Source of the DNA: Candidatus Hydrogenedentota bacterium | Lineage (GTDB): Bacteria > Hydrogenedentota > Hydrogenedentia > Hydrogenedentales > SLHB01 | Reading direction: 5' to 3' | Assembly: GCA_963668025.2 (NCBI GenBank) | Contig: CAXXTH010000017.1 | Location: 288,001-352,000, forward strand | DNA: 64,000 nucleotides | In this document: one piece after another, positions 50,063 through 60,156 of the stretch | How the letters are laid out: each line of letters opens with the position of its first letter | Numbering within the stretch: the first letter of the stretch is position 1 | Position numbers and translations under genes: made by a program | Notes under the pieces: generated by a model | Database searches by the model: none | Told to the model about the DNA's origin: nothing | Seen by the model: only the letters and a program-made list of their open reading frames with translations

Positions 50063-50246
50063 TCTTGAGAGTGCCGAGTTCTCATTGTGGAAGACCCCGT
50101 TCTTTCATAGGTTTGCGAGTGTGCCACCAATTAAACGGTGGTGGAAGTCTTGCATATCTATCGAAAAAAGATACCTTCTTTTGTCAATGTCTTCTTTTTG
50201 GTTATTTTGCGCATCGGGATCGCCAGAGAACTCGGCACTCTCAAGA
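50063..50246. repeat. Perfect 21-bp inverted repeat pair (REP doublet / REPIN-like)
   Basis: TCTTGAGAGTGCCGAGTTCTC (50063-50083) and GAGAACTCGGCACTCTCAAGA (50226-50246). Confidence 0.85.
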
Positions 50247-50477
50247 CAAGACTTTTTTAAAGGCAATTCCGCTGCATGAAAGATACACACTCGCTTTTTT
50301 CATGGTTTTGCTTTATGAAGAATCGTTGTGATCTTTTCCAATCTTGTCAATCATGTGAATCATGTCTACAAAAGCTTGCCTGAGCGGAAAGTACGCCAAT
50401 GGAATTCTTATCCGCCTTTTAGGTACCCTTGTATCTACAGGGAGTCTGTGGAACAGAGCGAATCAGAGGGACGAGCG

Positions 50478-53400
50478 ATGATGCCTGAACAATTCGGACC
50501 GGACGAATCTGTAACGCGGCCTTGGTTTGGAATCTTCCCGCCAAGCACCCAGCATATCACTTCCAATGACCCCATCAGCCGGAACATCAACGCTATTGAA
50601 TCCTGGCTCTATTCAGATGTAGAACCTATCAAAGGATGGGAATCCCATTGCGATAACAATCGCAAACAAATTGTTACCGACGAATCCATCAAACCACCCC
50701 AGGCGTTGGGATGGCCTGATATACTTGAAAACACGAATACTCTATTTCGCTGCACGGCGCGCATGCCCGAGCGTTTCGCAGGTAAACGGGTGTCTCTGAT
50801 GCTCGAGTCTTACGAAAATGGCCTTCTATTGGTCAATGGAGAGCCGTATTACGGCATCACTCCCCTGGGCAATACCCTATTGATTACGCCATCCGCAGTG
50901 AGTGGAGAGGAGTATCAGTTTGAACTGAGGATTTGCAGTGATAGCGCAATAATGCCTGAATCCTGCTTCGCGGTGGCGGATCCCGAAATGATGGAAATCT
51001 ATTGGGATTTCCTCTGCGCGTACACGGCTATGTCTTCCACGACAATGAGCCCCGAGGTACGTGATTATTTGAGAAATGCGCTTCTCCTCTCATTTGAGCA
51101 ATATGACCGTAACGAAACCAAGTACGAAGCTTTCCGCCAGCAGGCGCTCCGTGCGCATACTGTGTTGCGTGAAGCCGTTTATGACCCGGCGCAGGCCTCC
51201 CGCCACCGCATCGGCCTTATCCATGCGGTGGGCCATGCGGATATTGATATACGGGAAACCTGTGATGAAGAAGCGCGTATGCGTCAGATGGGGCGTATCT
51301 GTTCGAGCGTCTTGCACCTTATGGAACAGCACCCGGATTTCCGATTCGCCCAGCACCAGCCGTTCTTGTACGCGGAAATGAAGAATGCTTATCCGGGATT
51401 GTTCGAGCAAGTGAAAGAGCGCGTGCGCGAGGGACGCTGGGAAGCCATGGGCGCATTCTATACCGAGCCGGACGGCACGCTCCTCTCGGGCGAATCATTC
51501 ATCCGGCAAATCCTATTCAGCATGCATTTCTACGAACAGGAATTCGGCGTCACACCCCGCACCGCATGGCTGCCGGAAGAGATGGGGTTGATGTGGACAC
51601 TGCCCCAAATACTCGTGCGTTCCGGCTTCCGTTTTGCCGCCATGCCCAAGATGGCCGCATGCGAAGAAGCTCAGGCAACGCATGCGTTCTGGTGGGAGGG
51701 CCCCGATGGCAGCCGCATCTTCAGTATCGCACTGCCTGCGGATACCTCCGGTAAAATATTGCCGGAGCGCCTGCTCACACACTGGCGGCAATACTCGGAC
51801 AAATTCACCCTCCGCGAGAGCCTATATGTATACGGCTCGAACAGCGGGCCGGATACGGAAATGCTCGAATCCATCAAGCGCTTCCAGGATTTCCCTGGCA
51901 TGGCGCCCATCCGGCATTCCACGGCCAGCGAATGCTTCGAACGCTTATTCGAGCGTACGCCTAACGCCCATTTGCCTGTCATAAATGACGAATGCGGCGT
52001 CGAGAGGAGCCGGGGCGCTTATTCCGCCAACACCCTCTTCAAAAAACTCCACCGGTGCAGCGAGATCGTCTTCCGTAAAGCGGAAATGTTCTCCTGTTTC
52101 GCTGGAGGAGCCTATCCCAGCGAAGTGCTGCATCAAGGATGGAAAACGCTTTTTACCAATCAATACCTTGCCCCCCCACGCGAAGATTCGTCCGAATCGT
52201 ATTATGCACCTATTCAAATCGGTGAGAAGACATTGCGTGAGGCATATAGCTCGATTCTGGAGCGCATCGATACGCGCGGCGGCGGATACACGTCGGCCGT
52301 GGTTTTTAACAGCCAGCATTTCGAGCGCAACGGCCTAGTCTATCTTGATTATACGGACGAGCGCCGGGAAAACCTTCACGTGGCGCTGGCCAACGGCGAG
52401 ACCGTGCTTTACCAAATCATCGAGCATTTTGAGACCGGCAAACGCATGCTCGTGCTTCAGCCTAAGGGCGTGCCGCCTTTCGGATACAAGCTGTACCACA
52501 TTTTACGCATCAGCAAAGGCGCGGCGAATGCGCCTGAATACGCCTCGCCGCTGCGCGTGACGCCCACCACCCTTGATAATGAGCATATCCGCGCCACGTT
52601 CAACTCACGGGGTGAACTCATCTCTCTGTTCGATAAAGAGACCCAGCGCGAGTGTATCGATCCCGTGAAGCGAGGCAATGTATTCCGCCTTTTCGAGGAC
52701 AAATCCAGCTACAGTTTCCTTTCAATGGATGTGGATAACAAATCCCAACCGGCAGCCACGGAGCCGGCATGGGGCTGGAACGAGTTGGACATGACGGGCG
52801 ATGTCCAAATGGAAGTCATCGAAGAAGGCCCCCTGCGCGCGGCCATCCAGGTTACACGCACCGTCAGCCAGTCAAAAATCATCCAACGCATTACTCTCGC
52901 CCGTGAAGGAAAGCGGCTTGATTTCGAAACCTGCATCGAGTGGCGGAAGATGTGTACCCTTCTTCAAGTGCAATTCAATACCACTATCCGGGCGCGCATG
53001 GCCACATATGACATCCCCTTCGGCGTAATCGAACGCTCGGCGGCGCGCGGCAGCGCATACGGCGATGCTCCCTGCGAGACACCCGCGCATTTCTGGATGG
53101 ACATGTCGCAGCCGGATTATGGCCTTAGCCTATTGAATGACGGCCGATACGACCATGAAGCCCATGGACAAATGATGGCTCTAACGCTCTTGAACAGCTC
53201 CATTTTCTCGAAGCGGTCTGACATCGAAGACCGGTTTTGGTTCACCTATTCGCTATATCCCCATGCCGGTTCGTGGCGGGAAGGGCGCACCCACGAGCAA
53301 GCGCTGGATCTGAATGACCCCGTGGACGCCGTATTCGTCGATTCGCATCCGGGCGAATTGCCGCCAGAACATTCTTTCGTTCAGATACAAGCCCGCACCA

Positions 53401-53633
53401 GCGCGCTTGAAGCCTTTAAACAGGCCGAAGAAGGAGCCTGGCTCATCCTGCGGATAGCCGAGCGCCAAGGAGCGCAAGATAACGTCCGCGTGGCATTCGC
53501 GCAACATCTGGACACCGTACACGAGTGCAATCTCCTCGAACGGGAAGATACGCCAATCGTCCATGACGGACAGCAGTTCGAGTTCACGATCCGCCCCTTC
53601 GAGATCCGTACATTCAAGGTGCGAATGGCGTGA
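50478..53633 (+). CDS. GH38 alpha-mannosidase-like protein (2C1-like; degenerate active site)
   Basis: EGRWE..G..Y.EPD..L.SGESFIRQ, FWWEGPDGSRI and YDIPFG.IER. The metal and nucleophile motifs read GHADID, WLPEEMG and NQYLAP. Confidence 0.85.
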   Translation: MMPEQFGPDESVTRPWFGIFPPSTQHITSNDPISRNINAIESWLYSDVEPIKGWESHCDNNRKQIVTDESIKPPQALGWPDILENTNTLFRCTARMPERFAGKRVSLMLESYENGLLLVNGEPYYGITPLGNTLLITPSAVSGEEYQFELRICSDSAIMPESCFAVADPEMMEIYWDFLCAYTAMSSTTMSPEVRDYLRNALLLSFEQYDRNETKYEAFRQQALRAHTVLREAVYDPAQASRHRIGLIHAVGHADIDIRETCDEEARMRQMGRICSSVLHLMEQHPDFRFAQHQPFLYAEMKNAYPGLFEQVKERVREGRWEAMGAFYTEPDGTLLSGESFIRQILFSMHFYEQEFGVTPRTAWLPEEMGLMWTLPQILVRSGFRFAAMPKMAACEEAQATHAFWWEGPDGSRIFSIALPADTSGKILPERLLTHWRQYSDKFTLRESLYVYGSNSGPDTEMLESIKRFQDFPGMAPIRHSTASECFERLFERTPNAHLPVINDECGVERSRGAYSANTLFKKLHRCSEIVFRKAEMFSCFAGGAYPSEVLHQGWKTLFTNQYLAPPREDSSESYYAPIQIGEKTLREAYSSILERIDTRGGGYTSAVVFNSQHFERNGLVYLDYTDERRENLHVALANGETVLYQIIEHFETGKRMLVLQPKGVPPFGYKLYHILRISKGAANAPEYASPLRVTPTTLDNEHIRATFNSRGELISLFDKETQRECIDPVKRGNVFRLFEDKSSYSFLSMDVDNKSQPAATEPAWGWNELDMTGDVQMEVIEEGPLRAAIQVTRTVSQSKIIQRITLAREGKRLDFETCIEWRKMCTLLQVQFNTTIRARMATYDIPFGVIERSAARGSAYGDAPCETPAHFWMDMSQPDYGLSLLNDGRYDHEAHGQMMALTLLNSSIFSKRSDIEDRFWFTYSLYPHAGSWREGRTHEQALDLNDPVDAVFVDSHPGELPPEHSFVQIQARTSALEAFKQAEEGAWLILRIAERQGAQDNVRVAFAQHLDTVHECNLLEREDTPIVHDGQQFEFTIRPFEIRTFKVRMA

Positions 53634-53664
53634 ATCGCGTACGGACAGTCTGGCATATCGAAGC

Positions 53665-56373
53665 GTGATGATACGTCTGCAAATGCATAACAGGCCTTGC
53701 CAAGCTGCATGCGCCACCGTAGCAATGCTTCTATGCCTGATAATGCTGTATGCGGACGCGGAGCGCCCGCCCGAGGCGGCAGTGCCAGGCGTATTGCTTT
53801 CCACGACCATGCTTCCGGCAGACGCTGCCGCCGATGCGCCCCGCTGGGCGGCGGCGGGTTTTCGAGGATTTCTGTTCACGGGCTTTCAACCCGATGCGCT
53901 GACGGATCTGGGCGAGGAGCCGGAAGAGGCCCAAATAGCCAGTGCGGGCGCGGCGGCAATCCATCTATTGTATGCCAAGCTCGACCAGAATTTTCTCGTT
54001 TTCCCCTTAGCGCCCGAAATGCCCTTCTTTGCCGATGACACCCTAGCGGCGGATACCGTACGGCATATCGGCCACGCCACCCGGTTCGCCATGCGGACCG
54101 GCATGGCCGGAATCGCCATCGAGACCTGCTCCGAGAGCCTCTTCCATGACTATCAATGGTCCGGTTACGATTGGAAAACCACACCTCCCGACGAACTGGC
54201 CCGCCGCGCGAAAGCTTTTGGCCGTGATGCGGCCCTGGCCGCCGCACACGCGTATCCGCGCGCCCAATTGCTGCTGATCGCCGATTCCTTGGAGATGGCA
54301 TCTCCGTTGTGGTTTCGCCTGTTCGAGGGCGTCGTGGCGGGCGCGCGCGAGGCGGGATTGGATGGGCCCCACCTGCTTCTCCGTGCGAATGCCGAATTGG
54401 CCAGCCATCAAGAGCTGCACGCCTTCTCCAACCGCGCGCAACGCCTGCTCACAAACACACTCCCAGGGAAAAGCCAGGAATACTGGCTCCATGCCGGTTC
54501 CATCGGCTTATGTTTACAGCCTTTTGATATGGCTAAAGCAGACGCCTTAATCCCACGCCTGCCCATCGAATCCTTCCGTGTGCAGCGCCTGGCGGCGCGC
54601 CTGTTCTCCGGGCGGTATGCGTGGGTGGAAAGCCCGGCTCTTCCATGGTGGGCGCCGCCAGAGGAACAGGCGGAACCTGAAAATGGCGGGACGCCTAAGC
54701 CTGCCGACGGCCTGACGCCCTACACGGTGGGAACGCCTATCGACACGGCCGTGCGAGCTGGAGCCTTCACGTATCAAGACGCACCTGCGTATGCATTACG
54801 CGGCGAAAAAGGCGCATCAGTGGTTTTCTGGAATGGGCTGGGCGAATCCATCCAAGTTGAACAGGCGACGGAAATGTTCACGGCCATCGACATCGCCACC
54901 GGCGCACCGGTAAAGCTCGAGGCCGCTGATGGCTCAATGAAGGCAGCTCCCGTTTCAAACGCCGTGCTGGCCAATGGCCTCCCCTTTCGAGAATGGGGAT
55001 TGCCGTATACCTTATGGGCGGATTGCGATGGGGCCGTTCGCTCCTCCATGCCAGTGTCTTTCGGCGTGGCCAATCGCGCGCCGGTGGCGCTGAATGGACT
55101 ATTGAACGCCACAGTAAAAGACTACGGCGGTATCGAACCCGAATCGCAGCCCATCACACTGGAACCCAGCCAAGACTTCGAGGCGGCGGGCGTCTTCTCC
55201 TCGACAATACGGCCCGGCGGGAGCGTGCGGCTCGGTTTTCATTTGGCCCTCGCGTCCGGAGGCTCCGCGTCCCGTGCGTTTACCTTTCCTACGTATCCCG
55301 CTCCCAGATGGCGGACGGCTTTGAATACGCCCGTTGCGGGCAGCCTCCTCCTCCACGATTTAAACGGTGATGGTTCGCAGGAAATCGTGGCATGCACCTG
55401 TGACGGCGAGGTGGCGTGCCTGGACTGCGATGGCAAGCTTCTCTGGCGTGTTTGGCTGCCGGTCCGATTCTCGTATGGCCCCGTGGCGTGCCCATTATAT
55501 CCTCAAGGCGTCCTGGTGGCGGTCCAGGATCAGGACGGCATCGTGCATGCCTTCACACCCACGGGCCGGCTTTCGTGGGAGTTGGATATGGAACGCGCCC
55601 AACCTAGCGCCCCCATGCTTTCCGGCGATTTGACGGGGGATCCCAATAACGAATTGGTGGCGGCGTTCGATAACGGCGCGGTGCTGGCCATTGGTGCGGA
55701 CGGAAAACAAGCTTGGCGCTACGAGTCGGGCGGAACCCAGCCGCGCACCGCGCTGGCCGACATATCGGGCGACGGACGCCCGGAAGTGTTTATCATTTGC
55801 GCTGGCGGCGCTCCCGCCCAATGCCTCACTCGAAGCGGCGCACTGCTCTGGCGCACCCAAGCCCGTGTGAAAACAAGCTGTGTCCCTCTCGCGCAAGATG
55901 TGGACGGAGACGGCTGGATGGACTTGGCCATAGGCAAGCCCGATGGCGGCATCGAGATCCGCGACGCCTTGTTGGGGCGTATTAAGCTACAGGCCGTGCT
56001 CGAACCGCCTGAACCAATACGGAGCCTCACCGCTGCTCCTTCCGCGCATGCGCCTGGATACGAATTGATTGTATCTGGCGCTTCGGCGATTACCTGCCTT
56101 ACTCCGCGGCTCGAACTCGTATGGCAGACGCCCCTTGCATGCAGCGCCGCCCCGGTGACGGTCAGCACGAAAACGGTAGCAGGCCTCCTGGTTTCCACGA
56201 TGGATGGCCAGTTTATTTTACTCGACGCCAGCGGCCGCCGTTTATGGAGCACGCCACCGGAAGGCGGCCCGTTACTGCCGCCTCCCGCGATACTGGATAA
56301 CGAGGGCGCTGGCCCCCCGGAATGGCTTGCCGCATTCCCGCATTTCACGCTCCAAGCGGCTCCGTTGGAATGA
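53665..56373 (+). CDS. Secreted multidomain protein with C-terminal PQQ-like/FG-GAP beta-propeller
   Basis: Signal peptide; DLNGDGSQEIV, DISGDGRPEV and DVDGDGWMDL repeats alternating with G.L.W motifs. Confidence 0.75.
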   Translation: MMIRLQMHNRPCQAACATVAMLLCLIMLYADAERPPEAAVPGVLLSTTMLPADAAADAPRWAAAGFRGFLFTGFQPDALTDLGEEPEEAQIASAGAAAIHLLYAKLDQNFLVFPLAPEMPFFADDTLAADTVRHIGHATRFAMRTGMAGIAIETCSESLFHDYQWSGYDWKTTPPDELARRAKAFGRDAALAAAHAYPRAQLLLIADSLEMASPLWFRLFEGVVAGAREAGLDGPHLLLRANAELASHQELHAFSNRAQRLLTNTLPGKSQEYWLHAGSIGLCLQPFDMAKADALIPRLPIESFRVQRLAARLFSGRYAWVESPALPWWAPPEEQAEPENGGTPKPADGLTPYTVGTPIDTAVRAGAFTYQDAPAYALRGEKGASVVFWNGLGESIQVEQATEMFTAIDIATGAPVKLEAADGSMKAAPVSNAVLANGLPFREWGLPYTLWADCDGAVRSSMPVSFGVANRAPVALNGLLNATVKDYGGIEPESQPITLEPSQDFEAAGVFSSTIRPGGSVRLGFHLALASGGSASRAFTFPTYPAPRWRTALNTPVAGSLLLHDLNGDGSQEIVACTCDGEVACLDCDGKLLWRVWLPVRFSYGPVACPLYPQGVLVAVQDQDGIVHAFTPTGRLSWELDMERAQPSAPMLSGDLTGDPNNELVAAFDNGAVLAIGADGKQAWRYESGGTQPRTALADISGDGRPEVFIICAGGAPAQCLTRSGALLWRTQARVKTSCVPLAQDVDGDGWMDLAIGKPDGGIEIRDALLGRIKLQAVLEPPEPIRSLTAAPSAHAPGYELIVSGASAITCLTPRLELVWQTPLACSAAPVTVSTKTVAGLLVSTMDGQFILLDASGRRLWSTPPEGGPLLPPPAILDNEGAGPPEWLAAFPHFTLQAAPLE

Positions 56374-56378
56374 CCGCT

Positions 56379-57299
56379 TTATTCCGCGGGCGGCTGGATA
56401 TCAGGCGCGCTCGTGGATTCCGGCGCAGCCGGGGCCGCTGGCGCTGCAGGGGATTCTGAACCGGGCGCGGCGGCCTCACCCGTGCTATTTCGCTCACGAA
56501 TGGCGGCCACCGCCTCGCTGGCCGCATTAACTACATTCGCCCCCACCACCACGCCTTTCGAAAAATCCTCGAGCGGATGAATTTGAGCAGGCGTTCCGAA
56601 TTGGCCCAGCGTCTTGATAATCGCCAAACGGGTGCTGTCCCAAGGCACTTTATACAGGGCGTCAGTCAGAATCTCCATATCGAGCATATCAGGCGGAACC
56701 TGGCACAATGCATAAGCCACCCGATCCCGTTCAAAGAGCTTAACCTTGGGATCGCGATACAATGACTTGAGCTGGTTCACCGCATTCGGATCACCCAGAG
56801 CCGCTAATCCGCCCAGCGCGGCAATCTTGACTCGATTGTCACTATCGGAAGCAGCCGTTTCCAGCAAGGGCCGCAAATCCTGGCGAAGCGCCGCGGAAAG
56901 AATCTGAGCGGCGCACGCGCGCGTGGTGGCGTCTTGTGAAGCATCCAGAAGCGGCTTCACTCGATTGATGGCCAAACTGCCATCTTCATCCATTTGGGTT
57001 ACCGGTTCGAGCGTTATTGTAGCAAGCACCTTCAAAGCGGGAGTGCTATCCGGACTCTCGAGCGCCTTCAATACGGGATCAAGAGATTCTGGGCCTCCCG
57101 CGGCAAGTTCGTTCCCCAGTTCGGCGGCGCGCTGATTCCCAATGTTCACATCCGGATTCTGCGCCAATTGCCGCCACTCATCAATGGCGGCCTTCGCCTG
57201 CTCTTTTTCAACAGAAACAATCTCCGCTTTCTTGCAGCCGCCAACGGCCGCCAATGCAAATATGCACAGAGCTGCATACCAAAAACGTCGCTGATACAT
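56379..57299 (-). CDS. HEAT-repeat lipoprotein
   Basis: Lipobox VGGC; repeats TRACAAQIL, VKIAALGGL and TRLAIIKTLG. Confidence 0.8.
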   Translation of the reverse strand: MYQRRFWYAALCIFALAAVGGCKKAEIVSVEKEQAKAAIDEWRQLAQNPDVNIGNQRAAELGNELAAGGPESLDPVLKALESPDSTPALKVLATITLEPVTQMDEDGSLAINRVKPLLDASQDATTRACAAQILSAALRQDLRPLLETAASDSDNRVKIAALGGLAALGDPNAVNQLKSLYRDPKVKLFERDRVAYALCQVPPDMLDMEILTDALYKVPWDSTRLAIIKTLGQFGTPAQIHPLEDFSKGVVVGANVVNAASEAVAAIRERNSTGEAAAPGSESPAAPAAPAAPESTSAPDIQPPAE

Positions 57300-57486
57300 T
57301 GCTGATCTCCCCACCATGCTATAGCTGCTTTCCTGGGCGGCGCACGCATGCGCCTCATAAAGAAACACCATACGTATTTGCCGCCGGGGATGCAACTTGC
57401 TTTTTCAAATTGGGTGTGCGCCATGATTGTGTTTCGTTGCGTCCAGATGTTTTTTGCGGTATAATTTTGTGTCTGTATAGACACAA

Positions 57487-57849
57487 ATGGAGGCCGCCAT
57501 GAACATTGAGACGATTGAAGCGCAACGGGAATGTATTTTGGGGCAGATGCGCGCCATTCGAAGCGCCCACCCGGGCGGCGTGTCGGAGCAAATGGTCAAG
57601 GGCACACGCAAGGACATGCCGGAGGCCGTGGAACGGGGACCTTATTACTCCCTGCAGTGGTACGAGCAGGGAAAGCCCCGGCGGCAGCGGCTGCGAAGTC
57701 CCGAGGACGTGCGGCGCGCCCGTGAACAGACGGACAACAGCAAGCGTATTCACGAACTCGCCGAACGCTTTTGCGAGCTGACACAACAGCTCGGAGAGCT
57801 TGAGCGCGACAAGGAGGCCGCCCACGAGCGGCAAAAAAAAGGGCTCTAG
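57487..57849 (+). CDS. DUF6788-like IS accessory protein (OrfA)
   Basis: G.VSEQ..K...RGPYY.LQW..GK pattern; GGAGG RBS; ends at an A8 run. Confidence 0.75.
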   Translation: MEAAMNIETIEAQRECILGQMRAIRSAHPGGVSEQMVKGTRKDMPEAVERGPYYSLQWYEQGKPRRQRLRSPEDVRRAREQTDNSKRIHELAERFCELTQQLGELERDKEAAHERQKKGL

Positions 57850-57872
57850 TCGAACTGGAAAGGTCCGCGGAA

Positions 57873-59186
57873 ATGTCGCGGGCGCTGGCGCTAGTCCGCC
57901 GGGACCGCGGCGTGGACTTTGAAGCAACGGAGAAACTCATCCGCACCGCCGCCCTGGAAGGCGCGGGAAAGACGCTGGCCGTCCTGTTCGACAAGGCAAA
58001 CGCCATTGTCCAGGGCCAGGAGCATGCGTGCCCGCTGTGCGGCCATCCCATGCGCCGCGCGGGCATGCGGGCCAGGCGCATCACGACCATTCTGGGGAAC
58101 GTCACGCAGGAGCGCGCGATGTACCGCTGCCCATGCGGGGCCACCGCCTATCCAGCGGACGAACTGCTGGATGTCGCGGGCACTTCGCGTTCGCCCGGCG
58201 TCAGGCGAATGACGGCGCGCCTTGGCGCGCGGGAAAGCTTCGCGGACGCCGCCGGGGATCTAAAAGAACTGGCGGGCATCAGCGTGAGCGCCAAGGACTG
58301 CGAGCGGTCCAGCGAGCAGACGGGAGCGGACGTGGCCGCGTGGGAAAAGCAGCGGCGCGGGCATCCGTCAAACCCCGCGCAGCCCAGCACCGGCGATGAG
58401 ATTCCCGTCCTGTACATCGAAATGGACGGCACGGGGGTTCCCGTCGTCAAGTCCGAAACGGACGGGCGCAAGGGAAAGGCGCAAGACGGATCCGCCAAAA
58501 CCCGTGAGGCCAAAATCGGATGCGTCTTCACACAAACCAGCACGGACGAGAAGGGGGAGCCGGTGCGCGACCCCGGCAGCACCACCTTTTCCGGCGCCGT
58601 GGAAAACGCCGAAGCCTTTGCAGGCCGCATCTTCGCCGAAGCCCAGCGCCGTGGACTGGAACGCGCGCAAAAGGTGGTGGTCCTTTCCGACGGCGCGCAA
58701 TGGATAGCGAACATCGCCGCCGACTACTTCCCCGGGGCCGTTCACATCCTCGACCTGTATCACGCACTGGAACACCTGGCGCTGTTGTGCGCGCTGCTCT
58801 TTGGGAAGACCACTGAGCTGGGGATGCGGATGCGCCAAAGCCTCAGCGAACTCGTGCGGCAGGGAGAGGCCGCGCAGGCCCTGGAGCTACTGCGGCCACA
58901 CATGCCCAGCCACGACGATGACGGCAAGGCGGCCTGGGAACATTTTCTGTATCTGGGCAGCCGCGCCCACATGATGCGCTATGCCGAATTCCGGGAACAA
59001 AAACTGTTCGTCGGCTCCGGCGTCATAGAGGCCGGCTGCAAAAATGTTGTAGGAAAACGGCTCAAGCAGTCCGGAATGAGATGGACGGTCAACGGTGCAA
59101 ACAAGATCATTACGCTACGATGCGCCTTCTTGAACAGAGACTTCGAAGACTTCTGGGCCGACAGAGCTAGGAAAGATGCCGCATGA
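57873..59186 (+). CDS. ISKra4-family transposase
   Basis: CPLCG..C.CG zinc ribbon; EMDGTGVP, TREAK.G, LSDGAQWI, LDLYHA.EH and VGSGVIEAGCK..RLKQSGMRW. Confidence 0.92.
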   Translation: MSRALALVRRDRGVDFEATEKLIRTAALEGAGKTLAVLFDKANAIVQGQEHACPLCGHPMRRAGMRARRITTILGNVTQERAMYRCPCGATAYPADELLDVAGTSRSPGVRRMTARLGARESFADAAGDLKELAGISVSAKDCERSSEQTGADVAAWEKQRRGHPSNPAQPSTGDEIPVLYIEMDGTGVPVVKSETDGRKGKAQDGSAKTREAKIGCVFTQTSTDEKGEPVRDPGSTTFSGAVENAEAFAGRIFAEAQRRGLERAQKVVVLSDGAQWIANIAADYFPGAVHILDLYHALEHLALLCALLFGKTTELGMRMRQSLSELVRQGEAAQALELLRPHMPSHDDDGKAAWEHFLYLGSRAHMMRYAEFREQKLFVGSGVIEAGCKNVVGKRLKQSGMRWTVNGANKIITLRCAFLNRDFEDFWADRARKDAA

Positions 59187-59598
59187 AAGCACAATTGGGA
59201 CGCACACCCTTTCAAATTCACGTAGAGTATTCCAGAATATGACCTTTCTGATTATTCCGTTTGTTCAATATTCCTATTTACGGGCCTTCAATTTCTCCCG
59301 TTTGCGTTTCAAAGCCCCCATCCGTATGCCTCTATCGAGATTTGATCTTTTCATCACATTTCGTGCTGTGAATTAGGTATACTTGTAAAGAGATAGGAAA
59401 AACGCCAGGCCATGCCGCATACGCTCCACCCAGATTTAGAAATGAATGATTTCATAAATAGGTTTACATTTTTTATACTTTTTGTTATTATACTTCGCGG
59501 AGTAAGCGACGTAGACGGGGAATATTGAATTAGCGCGGCTCGAATGGTTCGGCCTGGCGGCGGGATGGGGCGCTTCATCCTATAAGGAGGAGCTCGGT

Positions 59599-60120
59599 AT
59601 GCCCAGGCAGTGGTTTTTAGTGATGGATGAGGAAGGTGAGACGCCGCTGAGCCGTGCTCGGAAAAGTGGCCATCTCTCGTTGACAGAGCTCATGCTCCGG
59701 CAAGAAGTCGAAGACGCTCCAGAATCAGGGGCAGGCGAGACCTTGCTCCAGCGTGCGGCCTATTGGGGCCTCGATAATGCCGTCAAGCGCCTCCTGGAAG
59801 CCGGTGCGGATCCAATGGAGCACGACCGGCAAGGGGAGACTCCCTTGCATAAAGCAGGGCGGCGGGGGCATATCGATGCCGTACGCGCCTTGCTCGAACG
59901 GGGTGCGGATGTCAACGCCCGCAACCGGTTCGGGATGACGCCGCTGCATTGGGCGGCGTTGAACGGGCGGGCGGATGTAGCGGAGATCCTCGTGGCGTCC
60001 GGCGCGGATGTCAATGCACGGGACCGCCACACAGGCGGGCTTACGCCTTTGGGGCTTGCCATGCTGATGGGGTATGACAAGCTGGTGCAACTATTAGACG
60101 GCCATGGCGGCACGTGGTAA
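59599..60120 (+). CDS. Ankyrin repeat protein
   Basis: GETPLHKA, GMTPLHWA and GADVNAR repeats; AGGAGG RBS. Confidence 0.92.
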   Translation: MPRQWFLVMDEEGETPLSRARKSGHLSLTELMLRQEVEDAPESGAGETLLQRAAYWGLDNAVKRLLEAGADPMEHDRQGETPLHKAGRRGHIDAVRALLERGADVNARNRFGMTPLHWAALNGRADVAEILVASGADVNARDRHTGGLTPLGLAMLMGYDKLVQLLDGHGGTW

Positions 60121-60156
60121 AGCCCGCATAACCCAAACAAACAGGACACGCCTGTC

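Larger units (their letters stand above)
57412..59209 (+). mobile_element. ISKra4-family insertion sequence (two ORFs), 1798 bp
   Basis: IRs GGGTGTGCGCCATGATTGTG / revcomp GGGTGTGCGTCCCAATTGTG; 9-bp TSD TTTCAAATT at 57403-57411 and 59210-59218. Confidence 0.93.
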
